The position numbers and the translations under genes were made by a program. Below the pieces are notes generated by a model. The model did no database searches, was not told the DNA's origin, and saw nothing but the letters and a program-made list of their open reading frames with translations. Below, piece after piece: positions 12,701-25,449 of a stretch of DNA of 64,000 bases. The first letter of the stretch is position 1; the number at the start of each line of letters is the position of its first letter. The stretch lies in IMG/VR virus record IMGVR_UViG_3300031992_000016, positions 96,001-160,000 of that record; one strand, written 5' to 3'. This DNA is from a virus. Its lineage: Duplodnaviria; Caudoviricetes.

Positions 12701-15700
12701 TTGTAAATGTTGCGTTAGAATCAAATTGTTCATGGCCAACCATATTGTCATCAGATGTTCTATCCTTATCATTTAAATTATAACGCATTTTAATTTGAGC
12801 ACTTGTATTAATTGGGTCATATGCCGCAGCACTCCAGTGAGAATCAAGATAATTAAATCTATTACGAATTAAAGACTAACGTTGTAATGAACGGTCACCT
12901 TGTAAGCAATAGAAATAATCAGATGTGATAACTGTTGAATGGTCAGGAGCAACATATCCTAAACCATTAATAGCTGGAGCAATATATTTATAAAATGCAT
13001 CGTAGTTCTTCATAGATTCAGACCATCTGTTACTACTTGCAGTTTCATAATATTGCGTAATCGCTTCTTGTGTTAAAGATTCACGAATTGCTTTATACAA
13101 GTTAGCAATTTCACGAGAGAAACACAACTGAACGTTATTCCATAAAACCGAACCATTACCAGAGAAAATAGAGTCTGTAGTTCCACTGGCAGAATAAACC
13201 TCAATATTAGCGACACCATTGTCGTCAAATACGGTTCTTGTTGTTAAAGGAGGAGTTGCATCAACATCATAATCCCAATAAACCTGACCAGAGTTATTAA
13301 TACCTAACTGCGTATCTAAGTCATAGAAAATAGGATACCAGATATAATCTCCGCCCTCACGTTCAGGACCCCAAGAAGCAAGCATCATATTCTTTTGACG
13401 AGAGTCATATAGTAAGAAGAATTCAGTGAATACAAAATAGAAAAGTACATAAGCCAAATTTAAATGTTCGCTAAATTCATTGCGGAACTTAGCTAAGCGG
13501 TATCTGTCATTATCAATAGTAAATTTCTCATATAATACGCTAGCATCAAAACCATCAATATCAATACTTAAATTTAATGTTATATATTTGACCCAATAAG
13601 TTGAATCACTATTATTAACATTAACAAAGGTAATACCTAAGTCATTTGCTAAATCAACGACATGAGAACCATAATGCCAACGCCAATTTGGTTCTTCATT
13701 AGTACCATCGTTACTATAAATAAAGCCTTGCTCACCAACATATTCTTCATTAGTATGTTCTTTATCATCGGTTTCTAAAGATTTTAAGAAACTCCAAATC
13801 TTACTTGAATCAGTAATTTCAAAAGTAATGTCTGCAGAATCTTTTAGGTTACTATTTTTAATTTCACCAGTTTTTGGATCAAGAGTTAAATGGTCTGTTA
13901 AATACGCACCCTTTTTAGTTACATGATTTGCAACTGTAATGGTAGCAGGAGTGTATTCATTTGTATCACTATCATAATGATAATATTCTACACCTGGTTC
14001 ATACTCAGTAGATAATGTACGATAATATTTTGTACCAATATCACGTACTGGCTGAGAAGCTTTTCTGCCAATATAAGAAGTAACGTCAGTCTAACGAATC
14101 CAATCCCAAAGTCTATGCAAGTTTTCAGTACGATTTACCCATTCAAAGGCATTACCATCGCCATCTTTACCAGAAACAACACCTGTACCTACCATTTCTG
14201 GATAACGCTGTTCAAAATGTTCAGAAATTTCATAATATTGAACTTCTTGTCCATTAATAGTAGTTGTACTTGTTGCTAACCAGTTATCTGCCACAGAGTC
14301 ATCTTGGAACTTACCATGACCAGCTTGATTTTGACGGAATTCCCAACATTCACAAACATCAGCATATGTAGGATTGGTAATTGTTTTCAATGTACCAGTC
14401 TTCATATTTTCTTTATAGTTAGGATCATCTTCATCATCATTGACTTTAGTTACTTGCAATGTGTGCAAATATTTATGAGTTGCTGGAATTACAGAAGGAT
14501 TATCATCAGATTCTTCTTGTGTAGGATCAAAATCTGGATTAGCCTTTTCCTCATAAGTAAAACCAAAAGTGTTTTCACATTCTTTATGAGTATTAATATT
14601 GTAACGTCCAACAAACTTAATGTCGCCTGCGCCATTTTCCCAGAATAATAAGATTGGGAAACCAAAAACAGTAGTACGATAATTTTCAGTAGCACCTTCT
14701 GGATCTAATCTCTTTAATGGGTGCCGCAAATCATAACCAGCACCTGAATAATTACCTGCCAAATAAGCAACTAAATTTGCGCCGGGAGTATTATGAGAAG
14801 AAGCACTATCCATATAATCAGCTTTTAATACTAATGACTTATTTTGCATACTGAATGCGAAATCTTGTCCATTAATTTTAGTACCAATAACTATTGTACC
14901 TTTATTCTTATTTGGGTCAGTAGCATTAGGTTTAAACTTGATATATTTATTTTTTACTTTTAAATCCGCTTCGGTAATTGCAATATTGGCTTCATCACCA
15001 TCCCACCAACAAATTTGGAATGGATTTGGTTCTGCTACTTTATCTTTATCATTCCAGTCTGCTGAACCTTGCTTTAATTTAAGCTAGAAATTACGACGTG
15101 GATAACCTTGTGAAGAAGTACCTTGTACGTCAATAGTAACATTTGTAGCTTTCCAACAACGTTCTGGATCAAATGGATCATAATAACGAATATTACATCC
15201 GTACTTATCGCCCTTTTTATATGGCAATTCATCCATTAATTTTTTAACGCCGTCAATTTTATCAGTTTTAATTACCATAATAGGAATTAATTTTTTTGCT
15301 TTAGCGTTAGCGTATTCGATAAAGTTTTGCTTAGGATCTAAAATACCCTGGTTTTTATCATAACGCTCTTTTTTAATTCTCAATGTTGGGCCATCTGCGG
15401 TCCAGTTTTGAGTAATACTACTGAAAGGCAAGTCATTCTCATAAATACGAATATTATAAAGGTCAATATCGCAATAATCAGAATAAATATATAAACCTTC
15501 ACGACGTGTATTTGGATCCAAATTCTGCGCAAATGATTGCGTAAATGAAGAGTCTGCTGGGAAGGTTAAAATATTTGTAATAACGCCATTAATATAAGCA
15601 AAAATTACAGGCTTACCTAATGTTTTTGTTGAACCATCTTCCATCTTAAATGCTGGATTTTGAGAAACAACAAAAGAAACTTTAACACGAACATCATCTG

Positions 15701-17804
15701 TATAGCGTGCATTAACCAACAAAGATTTAGATAATGCCAAGAATGCTTCTTGAGTACCTAAGATTAAACCTTTATCAGAAGCATAATACTGTAAGAACGT
15801 GCCGCGGCCGTTAGTAGTAACTGTACGAGCAAGAACTTCACCACCAGTAAGCGGATTTTCTTGAGGTACTAAATTACCATCTTGATCAACAGCAAGACCT
15901 TTCTCATTAGCATGGTATTTACTCTCATCATAAGCAAATGCTTCTTGCAAATCGGAATCATAATATTTATATTTTCTTTCGCCATTCTCATCTACTTCAG
16001 TTAATTGCTCATAAGTTAAATAAACTGTTCTTGTTTCAATTAATCGTGAATAGTCTGTTGCATTATGAATAGCAAATTCAAATTCATAAGTTTGGTTACC
16101 GCCAGCACTAAAAACTGAGCAAGGAATAAATACAGATGCGCCATTAGATACTCTTAAACAAGTATTACCATCATCATCTTTCAACCAACCATTATTGTAC
16201 CAGTTAAAATTATTTAATTCAATTGGTGCATTTTCATATGATTGAGTTGTAAGATTATATGTCTTTAATATATTGTTGCTTGCTTTCTTTGCTGTATTAT
16301 TCCATTGAGCACGCTTAATTTTTGATTCATTATTAGAACGTCCAGTAGCAGATAATTCTAATACAGCATCTTTTTCAGGTTCAAGAGTGTATTGTGAATT
16401 ACGTGTTATTGTTACTTCAGTCGTCCAAGAAGTTTGACCAGCAACAATAGTAAATACGTTTTGTCCTAATTGATAATTACCAACTTCCCAATAGTTATAA
16501 TCATTAGGATTATATGCTACATCTAAAGAACTAACTTCTTCACCATTAACATAGAAGAAGACTTCTGTAGAAGCATTATTAGAAGGATCAACTACCATAT
16601 AAGGAATGGTAATTAAAGTATAGTTTTCAAAAGTCGCTTCATGTTGGAAAGGAGACCAAATAATTGGTGTTAAATTACCAGTAACGAACCAACCGATTTC
16701 ATAATGTAAGCCACTTGTAATAGGAATGGTTACACCATTTAATGTCATTGTCGCTTCGATGTCTAATGAATGATTACCGTGTGCGGCGTCAATAAACAAA
16801 TCTGCCAAAGGAACCGCACCACTGGCTGAAGTAACGTCTCTTGTAATAGTGCGTTCTGTCGTAAGTCCGCGATCAATGGTGGCTGATATTTTCATATTTG
16901 ACGTATCAATTAAAGCATTAAAATCAGTTTGACTCATAGAAGTATCATAGGTTACAGTATATGCATAATCAAAGTCATCTAAGGATTCTGCATTTTTTAA
17001 CTCACGAGGCTTCCAGAAAATTTCATTTGCAACCAAATGAATATCAATAACTTGAACATTTTCCCAACTCTTAGGAGATTTACGTCCATTAACAGTTGCA
17101 TATAGTTTTAAAATATTAGTACCTACACGCAAATAGTTATAAGGAATTTCAACCGTAGTTTCACCAGCATTAACATCGCAACGACCAATCATCATGGTTT
17201 CACGGAATGGTGCTACTGCTTCTTCGCTAGCATAGAACTCTACATATAAAGTACCATTATGACCTTCACGTGTTAAGCTATCTAAGATACGAGCTTTCAA
17301 AGTAATGCTTGTACCAGAAACAACCATTGCTAATGGACTTTCAGTAACTAATACGGTAACACCAGAAGATTGCTCGCCTTCTCCACCACCGCCACCAGTA
17401 CCAGCAACTAAAATTTTTGTAACATAGCAATTTTCATCATCAATATCTATAATACGATATAATGAACCATCTTTGTTTAAAATAATATCATTCGCTCCAT
17501 AGGTCTCCTATTTAACTCCCATTTCTTCATATGCTTCAGCAATACTTGAGCGAGGGAAGATATTTGATGCTGCACCGTGACCACTTGGAGCAGGCAATAA
17601 ACTTTCTACTTGTGAGCCATAGACAAATTTTATCCCAGATGCGCCAACAGAGTGTCTTAATCCGTCAGCATCATCAAAATAAAGACGCTCTGTGTCTGTA
17701 GTAAAATATACAGCGCCAGGAGTAGTTGGTAATCCATCAATCGCATGTTCAGTACCGCGATAAACAGAAAACGCATCTTGGGAAACAGAAGCTTTACTTG
17801 CCAT
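9759..17804 (-). CDS. Giant tail-region protein, 2681 aa: N-terminal docking motif, beta-sandwich/LamG-like region, CotH-like kinase domain, LRRs, InlB-B-like repeats, BspA-type LRR
   Basis: ATG behind GAAAGGAG. Fragments ending at TAG 17508, 15084, 14091, 12876, 12144 and 10182 share one frame, TAA stop at 9759. Motifs DVQGTSSQGYPRRNF, LKADYMDS, GRYNIN, YDSRQKN, WYPIFYDLDT. LRRs LRLVDLSNLKQL, LEVLKLLGTEI, AFAYMPNLRHLDIPQSLNVIG. Confidence 0.8.
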
Positions 17805-17826
17805 ACTTGTACTCCTTTCCTCTAAA

Positions 17827-17864
17827 TATCATAGCCATAAGAATGAATTCTTATGGCTATGATA
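17827..17864. promoter_or_regulatory. Perfect 18-bp inverted repeat without a clear U-tract
   Basis: TATCATAGCCATAAGAAT-GA-ATTCTTATGGCTATGATA between the stop at 17879 and the SD of the gene starting at 17804. Confidence 0.6.
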
Positions 17865-17878
17865 ATCTATATAATTAA

Positions 17879-19606
17879 TTAAAATGAACCCCAAACTAAA
17901 TTAATAGCAACACCATTACTATTTGTGCCTGCACTTAATGCCAATGAAGAAGATTCAATATAATGTGATGTCTTCTTATTGTTAGAACCATCGGCCAAAG
18001 TAAAGGTACTAATTAATTCAGCAGAATTTACATCAAGATCAACACTGTTGGCAATGTTAGTGATACCGCTACGAGTATCAGTAATAGTCATTGTCTCAGT
18101 TGTTAAACCATTAATATGACCAGAAGAATCATAAGTAACTCCAGTAACAAATGTTTTTTGCATTTGTACAACGCCATTAGTAGCTGTTGCGCCTACCATG
18201 GTTGAAGTAGAAGTAACTGGAGTAAATGTACTAGCAGCATGTCCAACACTTACAACTCTACCGGCACCAGAGCCAGTTGAAGATACAGTAAATTTATTAT
18301 CAAAATTAATAGTACCATAAGTATTATTATTACGAATTAATGTAATTTGGTTAGAATCGCTATCTGCATTGAACATATAAGTTGCAGTAACGTCTTCACC
18401 TGATCTTACATGAGTCCATTCAATACCATTCGCTGGTAAATAACCAGTAGTAGCATTTTCTGAATATCCATCTTTCGCACTCGCAATAACAATATCACCT
18501 GGTAAATATTGGTCTGCGCCAATAGTGAAACCTGACTAGACAGCATAAGTATCGCCAATTGAAATATTAGATGTCGGTAAAGCCGTAGTTGTAGAAGTCA
18601 ATCCACCTTTAAACGTCATCGCATTAACTGCGCCTAATAAAGAATCAACTTGGCTTGTACTATAAACATCTAAATCCCATGTTAAAGTAGTAACACGAGA
18701 CGTGCCATTACCAGTAGAATTTTCAGTTGCTTTAACAGTCGTTTTACTACCAGCTTGACCATACGAAATTTTTGGTGCCAATTTTGCACCAGACATATAA
18801 ACAGTGCCTTGAGGAGTACCACTAGAAGGTAAAGAAGCATACCATTTACCTTGTAAAATACCCTCTTCACCATCATAAGTTAAATACTCATCTTTACCAG
18901 TGGTAATAGTAACTGTACCTTTGGTATTTGTTGCATTAGACTCACTTAAACTAACGGCTGCACCGCCAGCACCTTTAATAGTAATATTACCAAGATTATC
19001 TCCACTACGGGTATTAGCTTGACCATTGCCAATTTTATACTCGGTTCCGATACTCAATAAAGTACCACCAGTTACCGCGGTAGCAGTTAATTTTGCAGTA
19101 TCTACTTCTGATTCTGCCGTAATTGCAGGAGAAGCAGTAGTGCTACTACTGTCCTAGGTAAATTTAACAGTACTGCTATCAACTAATCTATAATTAGTGC
19201 TTCTTAAAACATCATTACCATTCTTTAATGCTTGAGTAATAGTAATTTGCCCACCATCGGTATCTAAAGATGTTATAAAAGCACTGACATATTCAGTAAA
19301 TTCTTTTTGAGCATTAATCTGCTTCCATCTGGTTCCATCCCAAGCGCACAAAATATTTTCTGCTGCGATATAATAAATTGCATCTTTAGCTTTTGTATTA
19401 CCTTGTGTATCAGCTTGGAATGTAGCCCATGACTATGTTACTCTGACAGTATCGCCCAAACGAATACGTTGGAGACCTTTTGTGCCGCCAAAGTCATGGT
19501 CTAAATATATGGCTTGTTCATCAGTAGTAATTAAAATCTAACCATCTACTAGAGCAGCGCTGCTTAGATTATCTAACAAGCCTTTTTTAAAGACTACATT
19601 ACTCAT
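17879..19606 (-). CDS. Tail fibre-associated protein with Mtd/hyaluronidase-like N-terminus, 575 aa
   Basis: ATG at 19606 behind AAAGGAG. Fragments ending at 19154, 18536 and 17879 share a frame, TAA stop. N-terminus NVVFKKGL...ILITTDEQAIYLD, Thr/Ser/Gly-rich, ends NLVWGSF. Confidence 0.75.
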
Positions 19607-19623
19607 GTACCATTCATCTCCTT

Positions 19624-20877
19624 TTAATTATTAATCGCTTCCCAGCGAAGCACAACCGCATCAACAGCAGTCTATACATATTCTTCTACAGTATTATATT
19701 GAATATTGTTAATAGTTAAATCTCCAATACGAGAATCCATACCACCAGCACCGCCAGCAGTAACCCATTCGCCTAAAGCATTTAATACTAAAGAAGATTT
19801 ATTGCCATTGCCACTATACACCGGAACAAGACCACTAGCTACGCCATTAAACGTTGGTAAAGTAACTGTATTATTAGTTTTAATTAAATTAATGTTTCCG
19901 ACTTTAACATTTGAAATATAATCTGCAAATAATCCTGTCGCAGGTTTCATCTCACCAGAAACACTATCTAATTCAGCAGGCTTACCAACTAATGATTCTA
20001 AAGTTGTAATTTTAGAATCTACTGCCGCAACCTCGCGGTCAGTTGCATAGCCAGATAATACATCAGCAGTTTCAATCCACTCAGTGCCATTCCAAACATA
20101 GTTTTTATTATCAACAGTATAAACATCGCCATTAACAGGAGATAATTCATTTAATTCTTCTGCTTCTCCACGATATGTAAAAATTGAACCAACTGTTGAT
20201 TCTAACGCAGAAATGCGCTGAGTATTACTAGCATTTAGAACTTGTAAATCTGCAACCTCTCTCGCAAGGGCCGAAACATCTTCCGCAACTACCCATCCAA
20301 AAATTAAATTATTGTTATAGGTAATAATACGAGGAACAAGCCCATCGCGCCAAGGATGAGTGGCATCTACTGTAACCTTAACGTATTGTTGAGTTGAAGT
20401 ATTATAAGTATAATACTCAACTTCAAATCCTTTAAGACTTAAAGCATTGTTATGATTGACAATAGTTTCATCATCAACGGCACCCAAAGCACTTTCAGAA
20501 AGGGCAGTTTCCAGATTTTTACCATTAGAAAGAATAACATTCTAAGCAGCAATTCGCTCATTTAAAATAACCCAAGTAGTACCAGTCCATAAACCAGTCA
20601 TAATTGTATTATTTTTTCGCCATAAAACAATATCACCAACTACTTTTTCTGCATCCGCGCCAGCTGCTAAAATAAATACATCCGCTGCCGTTGCTGTGCT
20701 AGGTACAATCGCAGTATAATTAAATACACGCTATTTCGTTGAAATAAGCGTAGTACCCTTATATAATTCACCAGTGTCAGTAATAAAATATAAAATATTA
20801 TTTAACTTTTCTTCTAATGCATTATAATCCGCTTTTGTACCAACCCGAAATAGAACACGCTCTTCGTTGTCAGGCAT
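19624..20877 (-). CDS. Tail fibre-associated protein with short coiled coils, 417 aa
   Basis: ATG at 20877 behind AAGGGAG, in-frame TAGs read through to TAA at 19624. N-terminus VLFRVGT...LYFITDTGELY, plus GDVYTV..YVWNGTEW module. Confidence 0.75.
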
Positions 20878-20948
20878 AACATTTTTCACTCCCTTTCTAT
20901 ATGGCTTGGTCTTTCTATTATATTCAAAATCACATAAGACAGATTAGT

Positions 20949-22697
20949 TTATCTCGCCCACATTGCTCCACGTACTTTATTATTTTCATCCATAGCCACA
21001 AACGTATTCCCAACAACAACAGGATAAGCAGTTGCCAATACTCCATTCTCACCAAGAACCCAATAAGAACTTACTTCTTCTTGCCAGTCTTCTAGCGCTG
21101 CCAATCTGTTTAAAATTGTGTCTTCATCTGCGTGTTTTTCTCCACGACCTAATAAAGCAATAACAGATGTTAAATCAATGCCTGATAAACTATTATAAAT
21201 ACCCCAAATAGTTGGTTCAGCATTTTCATTCATAGTATCTTGCGGCGTGCCAATTTGTGCCTATACATCAGCGATATCCTATGATAAAACATTCAACATA
21301 CCATAAATTGTAGCGGTATCTACATTTTCACTATCATTTTCACCAAGTAATCCTTCAATAATTTCTAAATCTTCATTGGCTTTAATTAATGTAGCATCTA
21401 AATGATCTAATTGATCAGAAACTTCCATACCTTTTGCTAATAAGCCACGAACAGTTGTTAAATCATATACTGGTGTCCATCCCTCAGGAGGTATTTGGTC
21501 TTTAGGAATGTATTGATCTGCATTATCTAAATCTTTATAATGCCATTCTCCGCGACCATTTTCTTCACGTTCGTGTCCCTCATAGCCAATTAATTCTAAC
21601 ATAGTATTCGCAATACCACGTAAAGTATAAGTATCTTTACCACCTGGGTCATTATGCGCAACCTCATAAGTTGAATTAATAGTAGTATCTCTTGGCGTTC
21701 TTCTTGTAACAAATTGACCTGAAGTTGTCTCGGTTGCAACACCCACTCCACTTCCATATACTACGTCCCATACCTAAGCAATAGTATTACCTATCTCAGC
21801 AAAATTAATATGTATGTCATATACATCTGGTAATGCCCCTGTTGCCGATGGGGAAGCAGAGCCTGAAGCAGCATTTATGTCGCGTGCATTATAAGGATAT
21901 GATTTATAATGAGTAGGTTGATAAGTAAGCCCAACATTTAAAAAAGAATTTTCTATTAAATTCTTATCACAATGCTCAAAAGGAGAAAATCCTTCCGTAT
22001 TATATTCTTTAATACTACCAATACGATACAATGGAGTTTGTGACATATGTAATTCATATGTCAAACCACTTTTAAGTAAATAAGGCGCACGAAGACGCTC
22101 ATTATTCATATTAACATTAACATAGCCACCAGTGAATGGAGCATCAATAATACATTCTACTTGTGGTAAATATTCATTCAAACTAGCGATTTCTCTATAA
22201 TAATATCCCTAATCTTTAGAATATAATTTAATAAATACTGAGTTATGCGCAGGTTCTAAACTATGTGTAATATCTTGAAATATATTATCAAAATATGTAT
22301 ATAAAGGATCAGCTTCATCAATTTCGGCTAAATTAAATTCTGCTCCCTCTTCCATACTACACATATGATAGCCACTATTTGTATAATAATAATATCTTGT
22401 TCTCCAAGAACCAGCCAATAAATTTTCATATACAACACCTGGTTTTGGATCAATTACATTATCAAATTGCGGACTTACTTGTGTATTCTGTGTATATGTA
22501 TGATAAAATGTTTTATTGTTATTATTATAATAACCTAAAACAGTTTCTGCTGCACCATAAGTCACTAAGGCATAACGACCTACTAATACTCCATCATCTT
22601 GATGCTGCATCAATTCCCACCGTGATGTATAAACCTTATCAAATACAAAAGTAGGTTGCTAAGGAGTTGTTAAATTACCATAAAAATTTTCAGGCAT
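20949..22697 (-). CDS. Tail/baseplate structural protein, 582 aa
   Basis: ATG at 22697 (MPENFYGN...) behind GGAGG. Fragments ending at 22209, 21774, 21279 and 20949 share a frame, TAA stop. Confidence 0.7.
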
Positions 22698-22698
22698 A

Positions 22699-23046
22699 TT
22701 ATGATATTCCCTCCCCCGCATACATCATATCAATTATAATTGAAGGCACTGATTGCGCGGTTATATTTAAGTCAATACTACTATTATCAAATTGTAATAA
22801 ACGAATTAATGCTCCCGCACTTGCATCAATTTCCCAAATGCCAGATGGACCAATCATAATTGGATAGACATCATTATTAACAAAAAAACGTGTGCCTGGC
22901 GCAGCCTAAATGCCTAAACGAGTAATTGGATAAAATGGTTCAAATGCGGTGCCATTAACCAACTGCTCTCTTGTAATACCTGCAGGAACATTAATTAAAT
23001 TAGAATCTCCACCCCAGGTAATCTGATAAAAATTAATTGCATCCAT
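22699..23046 (-). CDS. Small beta-rich baseplate-region protein, 115 aa (absent from ORF track)
   Basis: ATG at 23046 behind AAAGGAG, one TAG (RLGI-TAG-AAPGTRF), TAA at 22699 abutting the next start. Confidence 0.7.
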
Positions 23047-23064
23047 AAATTTTAAACTCCTTTA

Positions 23065-25449
23065 TCACAAAATATCATCAGTTACTCGTGTAGCCTAAAT
23101 CGACATTAAACCATCATGAGTAAAACTATAATTAAATGATTTAATTAAATATTCACCATAAATTTTAGTTTTTTCATCTTTCACAATTATTTTTGTATTA
23201 GGCTCTAAATAATATACTGGTACACACTATAAATTGATTGTTTCTTGATAAAAAGTATGTTGATATAATAATCCTTCTAATGTATCAACACAACTCTTCC
23301 CTCTTGTGCTAGTACGTAGTAAATTTTTAGCCCAATCTGGAATACGCAAAATGACATAATTAATAGTATCGTCAGTAGTGGTATAATTCTATATTAAATC
23401 TTCTGTATCAGTATCTTTAATATCTTCAAAAATAACATTTGGTACAGAATGATATGAAATTGCACGTACCTTATCATCGGTCAGCATTTGCTAACGATGA
23501 CCAATAACAGAACATTTAAATTTCTACATATCAGGATTGTCTTCCATAAAATCAAACCAAAATAATAAATTCTATGGATTAACTAATTTAACATATTCTT
23601 TACCATTAACTTGACCATACGTAAAAGCATTCGGATTCCATTTACCATTATTTATCCAGTTATTATATTCTGCCTAAGCATTTTCATATGCACTATAAGC
23701 GTTTTGATATTTTTTATCACTAGGATTTGGTGGCAATATATCTACATTATGTACTAAAGGCCAAAAAGCCAATACATCAGCATAATAGTCTTTATAACCA
23801 GTAGTATCTGTTGCTTCCCATCTTTCAACTTCTTTTCTACCAATAGACCATAATGCAGAACCAGCATTATTATTTGCCAATTTAGTAATTGTTGATTCTT
23901 TAACATGACTATCTTTCTATTGACGATCATAAGCCATAAAATAAATTAAATCACGCCAATCATAAGGCGTCTATACAACCTATTCTGTAATAGGTATCGC
24001 GCAAGGATCATGTGGGTCCGCAGCAATACGATCAAAATATTCCTAAGTACAATACCATTTTAAGTCTTCAATAATACCTGCTGTCGTGGGTTTTACTAAA
24101 CGAAAATATTTTAATGGCTTATCATCAATAGCATAACGCATATGAATTTTTCTTGTGCTATAAGAAGTAGTCTATTCTCCCCAAATAGAAAAATCATTTT
24201 TAATATTATCTAACTTAGGTGTATTCTAAAAACTACTAATTAAATTTGCAGAAGTAAATTGATAAGAATACTTACTTACATCCGCTGCGCTAGCATAATA
24301 ACGCTCTTTCCGCGCTTCACCTGTATTAGTAACTACTTCATTAGTAAAAGCAATATTACTATATACTAATTTGCGGCGAAACCGAAAACGACCATATACA
24401 TCATAAAAATATTCAAACTCACCGAGCATTTTTACAATCATATCTAGTGCTTTTGTTACTGGGTCACCAACAGATAAAGTTAAATCACCAGCATATGTTA
24501 AATCTGTCGGACGATAACCAATGGTTTCACCATATTCAGCACCAACTTCAAAATGATAACCAATATGATTATGAATAAAATTACCAGTTAAACTTTCATG
24601 ATATTTCATCCAAACTAATTTTTCTTCTAGCTTTTGACATTGCGTAAATGGAATTGTTTTTGCATACGCATATTTTTCATCATCAATCAACATCATTTGT
24701 GTTGTTTCACTTGATAAATCAAACATATTGTTGCCGTCTAATAACTCACCATACTCAACCGTTGAAGTAGTATTTAAAGTATAAATATTAAATACATAAA
24801 CATTCACATTTTTTGAGTTATTATCTAATAATTCAACAGCTACATCATCTACGTCTTCAATGATTATGTTACTATAAGGCTCACCTGCATAATCATGTGC
24901 AATACCTTTAACGATAGTACGTATATCTTCTTTTTCTTCTCCTTTATACATACCACCTTCATAGATATAAGTAGTGCCAAAATCATGTGCAGCAAAAACT
25001 TTCCCGCCAACAGTTCCATCTAATAAACACATTTTATCTTTGCCAGTAATATTAATCGTATATGTTTTATCATTTAATGTATGAGCAAAATTGGTAATTA
25101 CAAATGTGCCTTGCGGGAACCAAATAATATCAGGATATTTATCGTTAATAAAATTCTATAGTCCTATATAACATTTAAATTTTGTTTGTAATGTCCAATC
25201 AATTTCAGTGAAATTAATTTTATCATATTCACAAGTTAATTGAATTTGACAAGTGCGTCGCATTGCACTTTCACCTGTGACGTTAATAGAACCGCTAACT
25301 ACCTATCCTTCTAAAATACCTTTCGCTCGTTCATCAAAAGTTAATGCAATTAATCGACAATAAATAACTCGTACTGGATATTCGTCTAACTATTTCAAAA
25401 ACGTTTTATCCAATAGATACATAGAAGGATCATTTAATGCTGCTGTCAT
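23065..25449 (-). CDS. Baseplate hub / Tal-like tail protein, 794 aa
   Basis: ATG overlaps the upstream TGA (ATGA) behind AGGAGG, TGA stop at 23065 followed by TAA. Hub-like motifs GSINVTGESAMRRTC, INITGKDKMCLLDG, EYFYDVYGRFRFRRK, YYLEPNTKI...GEYLIKSF. Confidence 0.7.
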
